Virus record (IMG/VR): IMGVR_UViG_3300031949_000113
Coordinates: 1 to 35,275 of that record
DNA from: a virus
Taxonomy: Duplodnaviria; Caudoviricetes
Length of the DNA stretch: 35,275 nucleotides
Strand: one strand, 5' to 3'
Notes under the pieces: generated by a model
Told to the model about the DNA's origin: nothing
What the model saw: only the letters and a program-made list of their open reading frames with translations
Database searches by the model: none
Part shown: positions 18,059 to 25,095 of the stretch, piece by piece
Layout of the letters: every line of letters starts with the position of its first letter
Numbering within the stretch: position 1 is the first letter of the stretch
Program-made: the position numbers and the translations under genes

Positions 18059-18072
18059 GAGATTGGAGATTG
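18059..18072 (+). repeat. (GAGATTG)2 array before the hub gene, preceded by degenerate AATAGTA heptamers
   Basis: Read directly from the sequence. Confidence 0.85.
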
Positions 18073-19167
18073 ATGAACACGCAGAATGGGACGGAGTATG
18101 AGATCTGGCTGCAGCGGGATGATGGGCGGCGGCTGATGTTGATCGAGGATGCGGCGGCGTTCGAGTACGCGAAGACGATCAACGATGTGGGCCGCTTCAC
18201 GATCACGCTGCCGGCGGATTTCGATCCAGTGCTGATCGAAAGGGATCGGCGCGTATCGTTTTGGCGCAAGCCGCTCGGCGGAGCGATGCGGCGAGATTTC
18301 GCTGGGCTGCTGACGTGGTGGCAATACAGCGACGATGAGCAGGGCCGAACGACGCTGAAAATTGCCGGGCCGTCGTTGAATGGACTGCTGAAGCGGCGGA
18401 TCGTGGCCGGCGCGGCCGGCAGCTCGGAGGCGGAGAAGACCGATCAAGCGGACGATCTCATTAAAGCAGTGGTCCGCGAGAATCTGGGCAGTCTGGCGGC
18501 AGCCGCGCGACAGATTCCATATTTGAGCGTGGAGGCGAATCTCACGCTCGGGCCATCATTGAGCAAAGGTTTTGCATGGCGAAATGTATTGGAGGTGCTG
18601 AAAAACGTGGTCGATGCGGCGCGCACGAATGGCAGCGAGATCTATTACGATATCGTGTCGATCGACGATAGTGATTTTCAATTTCGCACTTATCTGAATC
18701 AGCCGGGGACGGATCGATCGGGCTGGCTGATTCTATCGAGCGAGGCAGGCAATTTGAACAAGCCGACGCTGACGATCGATAGCGACAATGAGATCAATGC
18801 CGCTTATGCGGGCGGACAAGGGCAGGGGGATCTCCGCACGATCGAGACGGCGGAGGATACGGCGCGCAGTGGATTGAGCACGCTGGCGCGGGCGGAGAGT
18901 TTCGCGGATGCGCGCAATGATAGCAGCGCGGCGGGGGTGCAGGCGGTGGCCGACGCGGCGCTGGCGCTGGGCCGGCCACTGACGCGGTTCGCGGGGCAGC
19001 TGGTCGATCAGCTGGGCACGCGTTACGGTGTCGATTGGTTTCACGGCGATCGGGTGACGGCGAGTTATCGTGGCCGGCAATTTGGATGCCTGGTGCGGAG
19101 CGTGCACGTGAGCATGGCGAGCGGCGGGGCGGAGACGATCGAGGCGCGGTTGGAAGGAAGTAATTAG
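18073..19167 (+). CDS. Tail hub / Tal-like minor tail protein (Gp37-like)
   Basis: NDVGRFTITLP, AYAGGQGQG..R, E.F.DAR and YGVDWF.GD.VT motifs; follows Dit (alternative TTG start 18070). Confidence 0.85.
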   Translation: MNTQNGTEYEIWLQRDDGRRLMLIEDAAAFEYAKTINDVGRFTITLPADFDPVLIERDRRVSFWRKPLGGAMRRDFAGLLTWWQYSDDEQGRTTLKIAGPSLNGLLKRRIVAGAAGSSEAEKTDQADDLIKAVVRENLGSLAAAARQIPYLSVEANLTLGPSLSKGFAWRNVLEVLKNVVDAARTNGSEIYYDIVSIDDSDFQFRTYLNQPGTDRSGWLILSSEAGNLNKPTLTIDSDNEINAAYAGGQGQGDLRTIETAEDTARSGLSTLARAESFADARNDSSAAGVQAVADAALALGRPLTRFAGQLVDQLGTRYGVDWFHGDRVTASYRGRQFGCLVRSVHVSMASGGAETIEARLEGSN

Positions 19168-19187
19168 AGATTGGAGATTGGAGATTG
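19167..19187 (+). repeat. (GAGATTG)3 array containing the tail-tip gene SD and TTG start
   Basis: Read directly from the sequence. Confidence 0.92.
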
Positions 19188-20405
19188 GATACATTGTTGA
19201 CGGAGTTGGTGGCGCGGGTGGAAATGCTGACGCGGCGGGTGGAGGCGTTGAGCACGATCGAGCTGAATGGCCGGGAGGCCGGCCTCGCGGATGATTTCGA
19301 TCAATACGGGCGCGATCAGATCGTGAATCAAATGCATCTCGGCCTGAGTTTCTTGAGTGTGCTGAAAGGCGATTCATTGGCCGATTCGCAATTATACGGC
19401 TATGGGCCGGACGTGGTGATCGATACGGCTCATTACCTGCAGGGGGCCGGGGCGATCCTGTACGATGCCGTGAACGATTTCGCTTACCGTGAGTTGACGC
19501 CCGACCTCGATTTCACCAGCGCGCTCCAATTTCAATCGACCGATTTCATTGCCTGCGCCGTGTACTGCACGACATCGGCGACGGTCCGGTTTTTGTTCGA
19601 GCAGGTCGAATACAATTCCAGTCAATACAGCGCCGACTGTGTGGCCGGCTGGAACTATATCGCGTTCAAGCGCAGCTTAGCAACTGGCAGTGTCAATTGG
19701 GTGCATATTAACAACATAGACCTAAAGACCACCGCGTTGAGCGGTCAGGCGTGGATTGACGACGTGCGCATCGTGCGCGCCGATCCCAACGATACTGAGA
19801 GTTTCAACGACACGGGCCGTGAATGGGATTTCGACGGCGGAATCTGGCACATCTATGACGACGTGCCAGATGTGCCGTACGCGCTCGGTCAGATCGATGT
19901 GCGCAGCGCCGGCACGCGCGGGGTGGCGCTCAAGGTTGCGCCGACGGCGACAAATTATTTCGAAGCGGGAGTGTACGCGCGTGAGGATGGCGCGGTCGGT
20001 TTGTTGGCGTTTGCGAGCGACGGTGACAATGGTTATGAAATCAAGGTCGACACGGCCGGCAACACGCTCAAATTACTGCGCTGGATCGGCGGATCATCAA
20101 GCGAACTGGCAAGCGTGGCCTACACGAGTGCGCCGAACACGCGCTATCGACTCGGTATGGAGCGCACGACTGACGGGTATCTGAAGGGGCACATCTCTAG
20201 CGTTGGCGGGCCGCTGTTTACGGCTGAGCATCTGTGGTTGTACGTGGCTGATTCAACCTACACGTTCGGCAAGCTGGGTGTGGTGAGCTACGGGGTCAAC
20301 AGCCGGTTTTTCCAGGTGCGGGCGGGCGCGTTCGCGCGGGCGCTGGTGGCGAGCTACGCGGACGAGGCGGACACGCTCGATGGATTACACGCGAGTGAGA
20401 TTTGA
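19185..20405 (+). CDS. Putative receptor-binding / tail-tip protein with lectin-like domains
   Basis: N-terminal coil (LVARVEMLTRRVEALST.E), beta-rich body (GWNY..F, WIDDVRI, GKLGV), terminal ADTLDGLHASE fibre motif. Confidence 0.75.
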   Translation: MDTLLTELVARVEMLTRRVEALSTIELNGREAGLADDFDQYGRDQIVNQMHLGLSFLSVLKGDSLADSQLYGYGPDVVIDTAHYLQGAGAILYDAVNDFAYRELTPDLDFTSALQFQSTDFIACAVYCTTSATVRFLFEQVEYNSSQYSADCVAGWNYIAFKRSLATGSVNWVHINNIDLKTTALSGQAWIDDVRIVRADPNDTESFNDTGREWDFDGGIWHIYDDVPDVPYALGQIDVRSAGTRGVALKVAPTATNYFEAGVYAREDGAVGLLAFASDGDNGYEIKVDTAGNTLKLLRWIGGSSSELASVAYTSAPNTRYRLGMERTTDGYLKGHISSVGGPLFTAEHLWLYVADSTYTFGKLGVVSYGVNSRFFQVRAGAFARALVASYADEADTLDGLHASEI

Positions 20406-20424
20406 GGGGGAGAGAAGATTGGAG

Positions 20425-20453
20425 AGAGCGGCCGGGGGGCCGCTCTTTTTTTT
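20425..20453 (+). terminator. Rho-independent terminator ending the late operon
   Basis: AGAGCGGCC-GGGG-GGCCGCTCT followed by a T-run. Confidence 0.85.
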
Positions 20454-20481
20454 GTCCGCAGATTTTCGCAGTGGGCGCAGA

Positions 20482-20535
20482 TTAGGGAGTGCGGCGGGCG
20501 GGGTTGGTGATGGTGACGGTGAAGTCGGTGGACAT
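20482..20535 (-). CDS. Possible 17-aa micro-ORF MSTDFTVTITNPARRTP
   Basis: TAAGGAGG immediately upstream; last ORF before the convergent terminator. Confidence 0.35.
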   Translation of the reverse strand: MSTDFTVTITNPARRTP

Positions 20536-20543
20536 GGGCCTCC

Positions 20544-20597
20544 TTATCGGCGGATGGGGGGATTCGAGATTCCAATTATGGGTATGTCTGCGGACAT
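20544..20597 (-). CDS. Possible 17-aa micro-ORF MSADIPIIGISNPPIRR
   Basis: ATG overlaps the ATPase stop (TGATG). Confidence 0.3.
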   Translation of the reverse strand: MSADIPIIGISNPPIRR

Positions 20598-22540
20598 CAG
20601 ACAAGGGTCGCCAGGATCGCGCCGAGTTCCTGGCTGGCTTTCTGGTAGGCGCTGCCGCCGTGGACGCCCCAGACGTGCTCAATGATCTTGCTGATGGGCA
20701 TGCGCTCTTTGAGCAGTTGGCGGATTTGATCGCGCCGGGTCGGGTCCACGTCCGGCGCCCCTTCGGTTTCCCCTTCCGGGCCGCTTCGAATGCCCCTTCC
20801 ATTTGACCGGTTGCCGCTTCCATTGCCCCTTCCTGGCGCCCCTTCCGAAGGGGCGGAAGTGGCTAGAATGGCTCTGACGTCGGCTTCGGTGGTGTTGGGG
20901 ATGGCGACAGCCTGGGTGCGGACCGGACCATTCAGCAAGGCGACGCCGGGCGGCAGGTCTTCGACGAGCCGGGCGTGGTCGGGGTCGAAGCCAATCAGGC
21001 GGGCCTGGGCGGCGGTGGTCTGAAACGCATAGCGGCTGCTGAAGGCGTCGCGCATCAGGGAGCCATTGAACAGACTGGCGGGCATGCCCTGGCTGGCGAT
21101 GAGGGCGAACATCTGGAACTTGCGACCCTCGAGCACGATGCGACTGGAGAGGGAGAGGGAGGCGGGCAGCGATTGAAACAGGATCGGCGCTTCGTCGAGG
21201 AGCAACATCATGGCGCGCTCGGTATGCAGGTGGCCGTCAATGCGGCGCTTGAGTTCGCGCTCGATCGCGGTGAGTGACTTTTGAATATCGGCGACGGTGG
21301 TGAAAGCGGCGGCGCCGGGCAGATCTTCGACGATGGAGCCATGCAAATCCCAGATCACGACGTCAGCGCCCACCATCCGGCATTGGAGATAGACGCAGCG
21401 GAGCAGGGTGGACTTGCCCTGGTTGGGGCGGCCAATGATGGCGACGCTGAGCAGGTTGGTGAGGCCGCCATAGATCGGACCGCCGGCGCCGTAGCCGAGC
21501 AGCAGGTGATTGCGGTCGGGCTGCCAGCGCGTGAGGAGCTGGGCGAAGGCGGGGGCGGTGGGGAGTTGGAGTTGACCCTCACCCCGGCCCTCTCCCTGAA
21601 TGGGAGAGGGAGCAGGGAGCAGCGGCACGGCGTCGGATTTGGGGAAGACGCCGATCGCTTCGGCGATGCGGACGAGCTGCTCGCGGCGCGAGTGGTCCAG
21701 TGTCATCGACCAGCGCAGCAGGTCTTCGGCGGTCTGCGCGTCGACGGGTTGGCCGCGGCCGGCGGTGAGCATGTGCGGGCCGATCATCTGCTGGGGATCG
21801 ATCACGTCGCCGGTCTGGGTGAGGATGAGGGCGCGCGTGTTGTTCGGGCCGACGCGGATGGTCGAGGCGCGCACGTCGATGGCATGGGCCAGATTTTTGA
21901 AGACGCGATAGCTGAGACGGATCACGAGATAGGTCAGGCCCGCGCACAGGCCGATAAAGAGCAGCGTCATGACGAATTCTTTGACGCCGGCGAGCGTGGC
22001 TTCGGTCTGACGACGATTCGATTCCACCTGGGCCGCTTCGCTCGTGGCTTTGACGGCGATCGCCGTGGCGGTGGCGTTGATGAGGTCGGCGTCTCTGGTG
22101 GCGGTCTGCGCGCGGGCAATGGCGATCGCGGTCTGGGTGCGCTCGACGATCAGTGCGTCGGCCGTCTGTTGCGCGCTGATGGCCTGCGCCGTGGCGGTCG
22201 CTTTGAGATCCTGCGCGATGGCGGTGCCGGTGGCGTGCAGATGCTGCATGGCGCGCGTGGCTTCGAGCACGGAGGCGTCCTGGGTTTGCTGGCCGGCGAG
22301 TTGGGCCAGGGCCGCGGCTTGAGCCAGATCGATCGCGCGCTTGGTGAGTTGGATGCGATCGTTGGCGGCCTGGGCGACGGCGGTCATGTCGCCGGATTGA
22401 AGCGTCGCTTCGATCTGGGCGCTCTGCAGACGACAGGTCGCGGAGTTGGCGTGCTGATCGCACGGATCGGCATAGCCGCCGGCGGCGCCATCGCAGGCGA
22501 CGAGGAGGAGCAGAGTTAGAGTTAGAGTCAATCGGCGCAT
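20597..22540 (-). CDS. Lipoprotein-anchored FtsK/HerA-like ATPase with coiled coil, TM helix and C-terminal HTH-like domain
   Basis: Likely start 22540 (TAATG overlap), 647 aa. MRRLTLTLTLLLLVAC lipobox, Ala/Thr/Gln coil, TM FVMTLLFIGLCAGLTYLVI, Walker A GRPNQGKS, Walker B LLLDEAP, EGRKF..LIASQ. Confidence 0.85.
   Translation of the reverse strand: MRRLTLTLTLLLLVACDGAAGGYADPCDQHANSATCRLQSAQIEATLQSGDMTAVAQAANDRIQLTKRAIDLAQAAALAQLAGQQTQDASVLEATRAMQHLHATGTAIAQDLKATATAQAISAQQTADALIVERTQTAIAIARAQTATRDADLINATATAIAVKATSEAAQVESNRRQTEATLAGVKEFVMTLLFIGLCAGLTYLVIRLSYRVFKNLAHAIDVRASTIRVGPNNTRALILTQTGDVIDPQQMIGPHMLTAGRGQPVDAQTAEDLLRWSMTLDHSRREQLVRIAEAIGVFPKSDAVPLLPAPSPIQGEGRGEGQLQLPTAPAFAQLLTRWQPDRNHLLLGYGAGGPIYGGLTNLLSVAIIGRPNQGKSTLLRCVYLQCRMVGADVVIWDLHGSIVEDLPGAAAFTTVADIQKSLTAIERELKRRIDGHLHTERAMMLLLDEAPILFQSLPASLSLSSRIVLEGRKFQMFALIASQGMPASLFNGSLMRDAFSSRYAFQTTAAQARLIGFDPDHARLVEDLPPGVALLNGPVRTQAVAIPNTTEADVRAILATSAPSEGAPGRGNGSGNRSNGRGIRSGPEGETEGAPDVDPTRRDQIRQLLKERMPISKIIEHVWGVHGGSAYQKASQELGAILATLV
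21575..21612 (+). repeat. BoxC-like 38-bp repeat, copy 2
   Basis: ACCCTCACCCCGGCCCTCTCCCTGAATGGGAGAGGGAG. Confidence 0.88.
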
Positions 22541-22932
22541 TAGAAGCCCCAATCGCGGAGGGTGTCGGGGTCGATCACCCTCACCCCGACCCTCTCCCTG
22601 ATAGGGAGAGGGAGCACGGCCGGCGCTGGGTTGGTAATTGGTAATTGGTAAGTGACGGGTGATGGTGGCTCGATCGGTTTGGGCGTGTCGAGTTGGAGAT
22701 CGAGATGAAAGTGTTTGGCGATCAGCGCGACGATGAGGCGTTGGCGCAAGAGGCCGAGCAGGGCCAGGCCGAGCAGGGCCAGGCCGACGAGGCATTGCGT
22801 GAGCATCGATGCGATCTGCGCGGCGACGGCGACGAGCGAGACGCTGGCCAGCGCGCCGGCGAGCGAGACGACGGCGGCGGCCAGCGCTATCAGGGCAACG
22901 ACGAACAGGGGGATGAGCAGGATCGCCAACAT
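22540..22932 (-). CDS. Multi-pass membrane protein
   Basis: 130 aa, first ~70 residues almost entirely hydrophobic; translationally coupled to the ATPase. Confidence 0.75.
   Translation of the reverse strand: MLAILLIPLFVVALIALAAAVVSLAGALASVSLVAVAAQIASMLTQCLVGLALLGLALLGLLRQRLIVALIAKHFHLDLQLDTPKPIEPPSPVTYQLPITNPAPAVLPLPIRERVGVRVIDPDTLRDWGF
22577..22614 (+). repeat. BoxC-like 38-bp repeat, copy 3
   Basis: ACCCTCACCCCGACCCTCTCCCTGATAGGGAGAGGGAG. Confidence 0.88.
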
Positions 22933-22934
22933 GC

Positions 22935-22979
22935 TTAGTGGCCACCAGTGTAAGATGGATATGGAGTTGAGTTAGACAT
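22935..22979 (-). CDS. Possible 14-aa leader ORF MSNSTPYPSYTGGH
   Basis: GAGG RBS 5 nt upstream; stop 2 nt before the membrane-protein ATG. Confidence 0.35.
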   Translation of the reverse strand: MSNSTPYPSYTGGH

Positions 22980-23011
22980 GGTTGCCTCACGATCTTGGAG
23001 GCAGTGGGGTG

Positions 23012-23092
23012 TGCTACAATGGGCGCAGCCCGGCACTGCCGTGACAGTTTCGGGTGAGAGCCGCATGATTGGCGGATCCAATCATGCGGCTC
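23012..23092 (+). ncRNA. Putative antisense RNA unit 1 (extended -10 promoter plus two hairpins)
   Basis: TG-C-TACAAT 23012-23020; CCCGGCACTG..CAGTTTCGGG hairpin; perfect 15-bp stem 23058-23072/23078-23092. Confidence 0.55.
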
Positions 23093-23097
23093 GACGT

Positions 23098-23301
23098 TTA
23101 CAGGCAGGCCGCATAAGCGGCGCGGACAGCATCGAGGGCGGCCGGGCGATCGGCGAAGGGGCCGACGAAATCGGTGTTGCCTTCGATGTCCCACTTCAGA
23201 CAGCCGTGCCAGCCGGCGGCGTCCTGCCAGATGACGCCGAGGCAATCGGCGGTGAGGTTGAAGGTTTCGGCGTTGGTGAGAGAGTTAGGATCGGGTGACA
23301 T
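23098..23301 (-). CDS. Hypothetical protein
   Basis: 67 aa, AGGA RBS, fits operon packing. Confidence 0.6.
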   Translation of the reverse strand: MSPDPNSLTNAETFNLTADCLGVIWQDAAGWHGCLKWDIEGNTDFVGPFADRPAALDAVRAAYAACL

Positions 23302-23310
23302 GGTGATTTC

Positions 23311-23655
23311 CTAGAGCAATTTTGGGGGCGCGGGCCAGGTGCGGGCCAGGGTGTAAAAACCACCGAAGGGCAGACGGATCGGATCGGCTGCGGCAGCGGC
23401 TGGCTTGTACGGCTCGGGCAGATATTTCAGCACGGTGCTCCATTCGATATCTGATGGATATTCATAGGGGCGATAGATGCTCAGGCGGAAGCCGTGATCG
23501 CCGAGCCAGATTTCGATCGATAAGCCACCATCCAGCATGACCGTTTCACCGTGGCCGGAAAGTTCCGACTTGGCGATGAGACTATTTAGGATCATCGTCA
23601 GCCGAGGTCGGCTCGATGGGGCCAGCGGACTCGGGGTGTAATGACGTTTGGTCAT
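23311..23655 (-). CDS. Hypothetical protein
   Basis: 114 aa, ATGA overlap with the upstream gene. Confidence 0.7.
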   Translation of the reverse strand: MTKRHYTPSPLAPSSRPRLTMILNSLIAKSELSGHGETVMLDGGLSIEIWLGDHGFRLSIYRPYEYPSDIEWSTVLKYLPEPYKPAAAAADPIRLPFGGFYTLARTWPAPPKLL

Positions 23656-24665
23656 GAGGTGGCTCCAAAATCTCGATTGTGGATCGAGAGGAATTCTTCC
23701 TGGGCGGCGGTCACTTCGGCGATGAGACGCTGGCGCTCGCGCCAGGCGGCATCGCGTTGGCCGAAGTATTTGCCGGTCTCCAGGTCCTGGCGAAATTGGT
23801 AGAGCGCGGCCGAGGTGACTCGGCAGCGCTGGCGGGCGGCGATGAGTTCATCGGATTCGGGTTCGACGACTGGCCGCGGCGCTGCTGGCGCTGCTGGCGG
23901 CGGTTCGTGGTGATTGAGGCAGCAGGTTATGGCGTAAGTCAAGGCCCCATTGCGGGTGCGGAATTTGATGAGGCCGTTGTCGCCACGGCGTTGCATCTCG
24001 CTCAGCCAGGCCTCGAGGCGGACGACGGTGCACCAGGCATCGGCGAGCACGGCGGCGCGCTTCTCGCCGGTGACGGTGTGCTGCGTGCACCAGCGTTCGA
24101 CGGCGGCGCGCCGATCGGGTTCGGAGATTTTCTCCGATTCCTCTTCTTCTTCAGGATCGATCTGATCGATCTGATCAGATGATCTGATCAGATCAGAAGA
24201 AGAAGATCGCAATTCGGAGAGATTCTCTCCGGCATACATAAGGATGCCAGGGGAATTCTCCGAGGGGGCAAGTCGCAATTGCTGTGTCGCCGGTAGGGAG
24301 TCGGATCGGGATGGAAGCCGATCGTGGAAGTCCGTGGAAGCGGCGAGTGGATGCACAGCCAGGCGACCGATGTCGGTGATGCGCCAAGATTGATGGGGGT
24401 GGCTGCCGGTGTGGGTGGCGAAGCCGTACTGTTCGAGGTCGGCGAGCAGCGGGTCGAGCGTCTTGCGCGGGTCGCGGACTTTGAACATGAAGGCGAGCCG
24501 CGCGGTTTTGATCGCGGCGGGTTTGGCCTGGTCGATCAGTGATAGCCGAAATTGTCGATCGAGGACCATCAGGCAGAGCACGCCGAGGTGGCCGATCTGG
24601 CCGACCAGAGTGCTGACGGCGACGTCGTCGGGATCGTAACGGTCGGTGAACGAGTGAGTGGTCAT
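23652..24665 (-). CDS. Putative replication initiator protein
   Basis: 337 aa; N-terminal wHTH-like region (LADLEQYGFA..WRITD.GR) and a low-complexity middle encoded by DNA repeats, as in phage O-like initiators. Confidence 0.6.
   Translation of the reverse strand: MTTHSFTDRYDPDDVAVSTLVGQIGHLGVLCLMVLDRQFRLSLIDQAKPAAIKTARLAFMFKVRDPRKTLDPLLADLEQYGFATHTGSHPHQSWRITDIGRLAVHPLAASTDFHDRLPSRSDSLPATQQLRLAPSENSPGILMYAGENLSELRSSSSDLIRSSDQIDQIDPEEEEESEKISEPDRRAAVERWCTQHTVTGEKRAAVLADAWCTVVRLEAWLSEMQRRGDNGLIKFRTRNGALTYAITCCLNHHEPPPAAPAAPRPVVEPESDELIAARQRCRVTSAALYQFRQDLETGKYFGQRDAAWRERQRLIAEVTAAQEEFLSIHNRDFGATS
24123..24262. repeat. Putative replication origin: iteron-like palindromes and GATCTGATC repeats
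   Basis: GGAGATTTTCTCCG, GGAGAGATTCTCTCCG and GGGGAATTCTCCG, plus GATCGATCTGATCGATCTGATCAGATGATCTGATCAGATC. Confidence 0.6.
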
Positions 24666-24768
24666 GGTTCAAATACCAACCATTTCATGGATCAGGTGTC
24701 GATAATGTTCGGCGCAGATCTGGCAGTAGCCCGGGCGCTGCGCCGATTCGGCGATGGCGTCCATGTCG

Positions 24769-25095
24769 TCAATCGGGGCCAGCCGGATCGTGCACAGCCG
24801 GCAGCATCGAAAATAAGGCGGGCTGATCGCCGGCGGCCGAGGCGGGCTTGTGTTTGGCGAGGTCCTCGGCAAGCCGCAGCTTCTTGAGGTCGATGTTGAC
24901 ATTGCCTTGCATGCGCTTGAGGGATCGATCCAACAGGACGACGTGAGCCTCGCCGGTGGGCTGGTTGTCGGGGCCGACGGTGAGGGCGATGTAGCGACAG
25001 CGCGCGCCGATGTCGAGGCCCTGGGCGTCGACGATGGCGAGGACGTCGTTGAGATGGTAGATCGGGACGGGGCTGGGATTGAGATGGATGATCAT
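24769..25095 (-). CDS. Hypothetical protein
   Basis: 108 aa, ATGA overlap with the ParB-like gene. Confidence 0.7.
   Translation of the reverse strand: MIIHLNPSPVPIYHLNDVLAIVDAQGLDIGARCRYIALTVGPDNQPTGEAHVVLLDRSLKRMQGNVNIDLKKLRLAEDLAKHKPASAAGDQPALFSMLPAVHDPAGPD

Noticed and set aside
20755-20860. GCCCCTTCC/GCCGCTTCC repeats as a regulatory array
   Set aside because: Explained by a Gly/Ser-rich linker in the FtsK-like protein; no independent evidence of a DNA-level role.
21281-22519. Long opposite-strand ORFs (e.g. 21281..22519 +, 25290..26588 +, 16466..17767 -, 298..1254 -, 5651..6472 -)
   Set aside because: Antisense shadows of well-supported genes in high-GC DNA; no motifs or RBS.
22755-22787. 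15-bp tandem duplication GAGCAGGGCCAGGCC
   Set aside because: Simple in-frame duplication (GLALL x2) within a TM helix.
22541-23245. N-terminal 235 aa of the 882-aa ORF 20597..23245
   Set aside because: Arg/Pro-rich shadow reading that overlaps two better ORFs; a lipoprotein signal starts at Met 22540.
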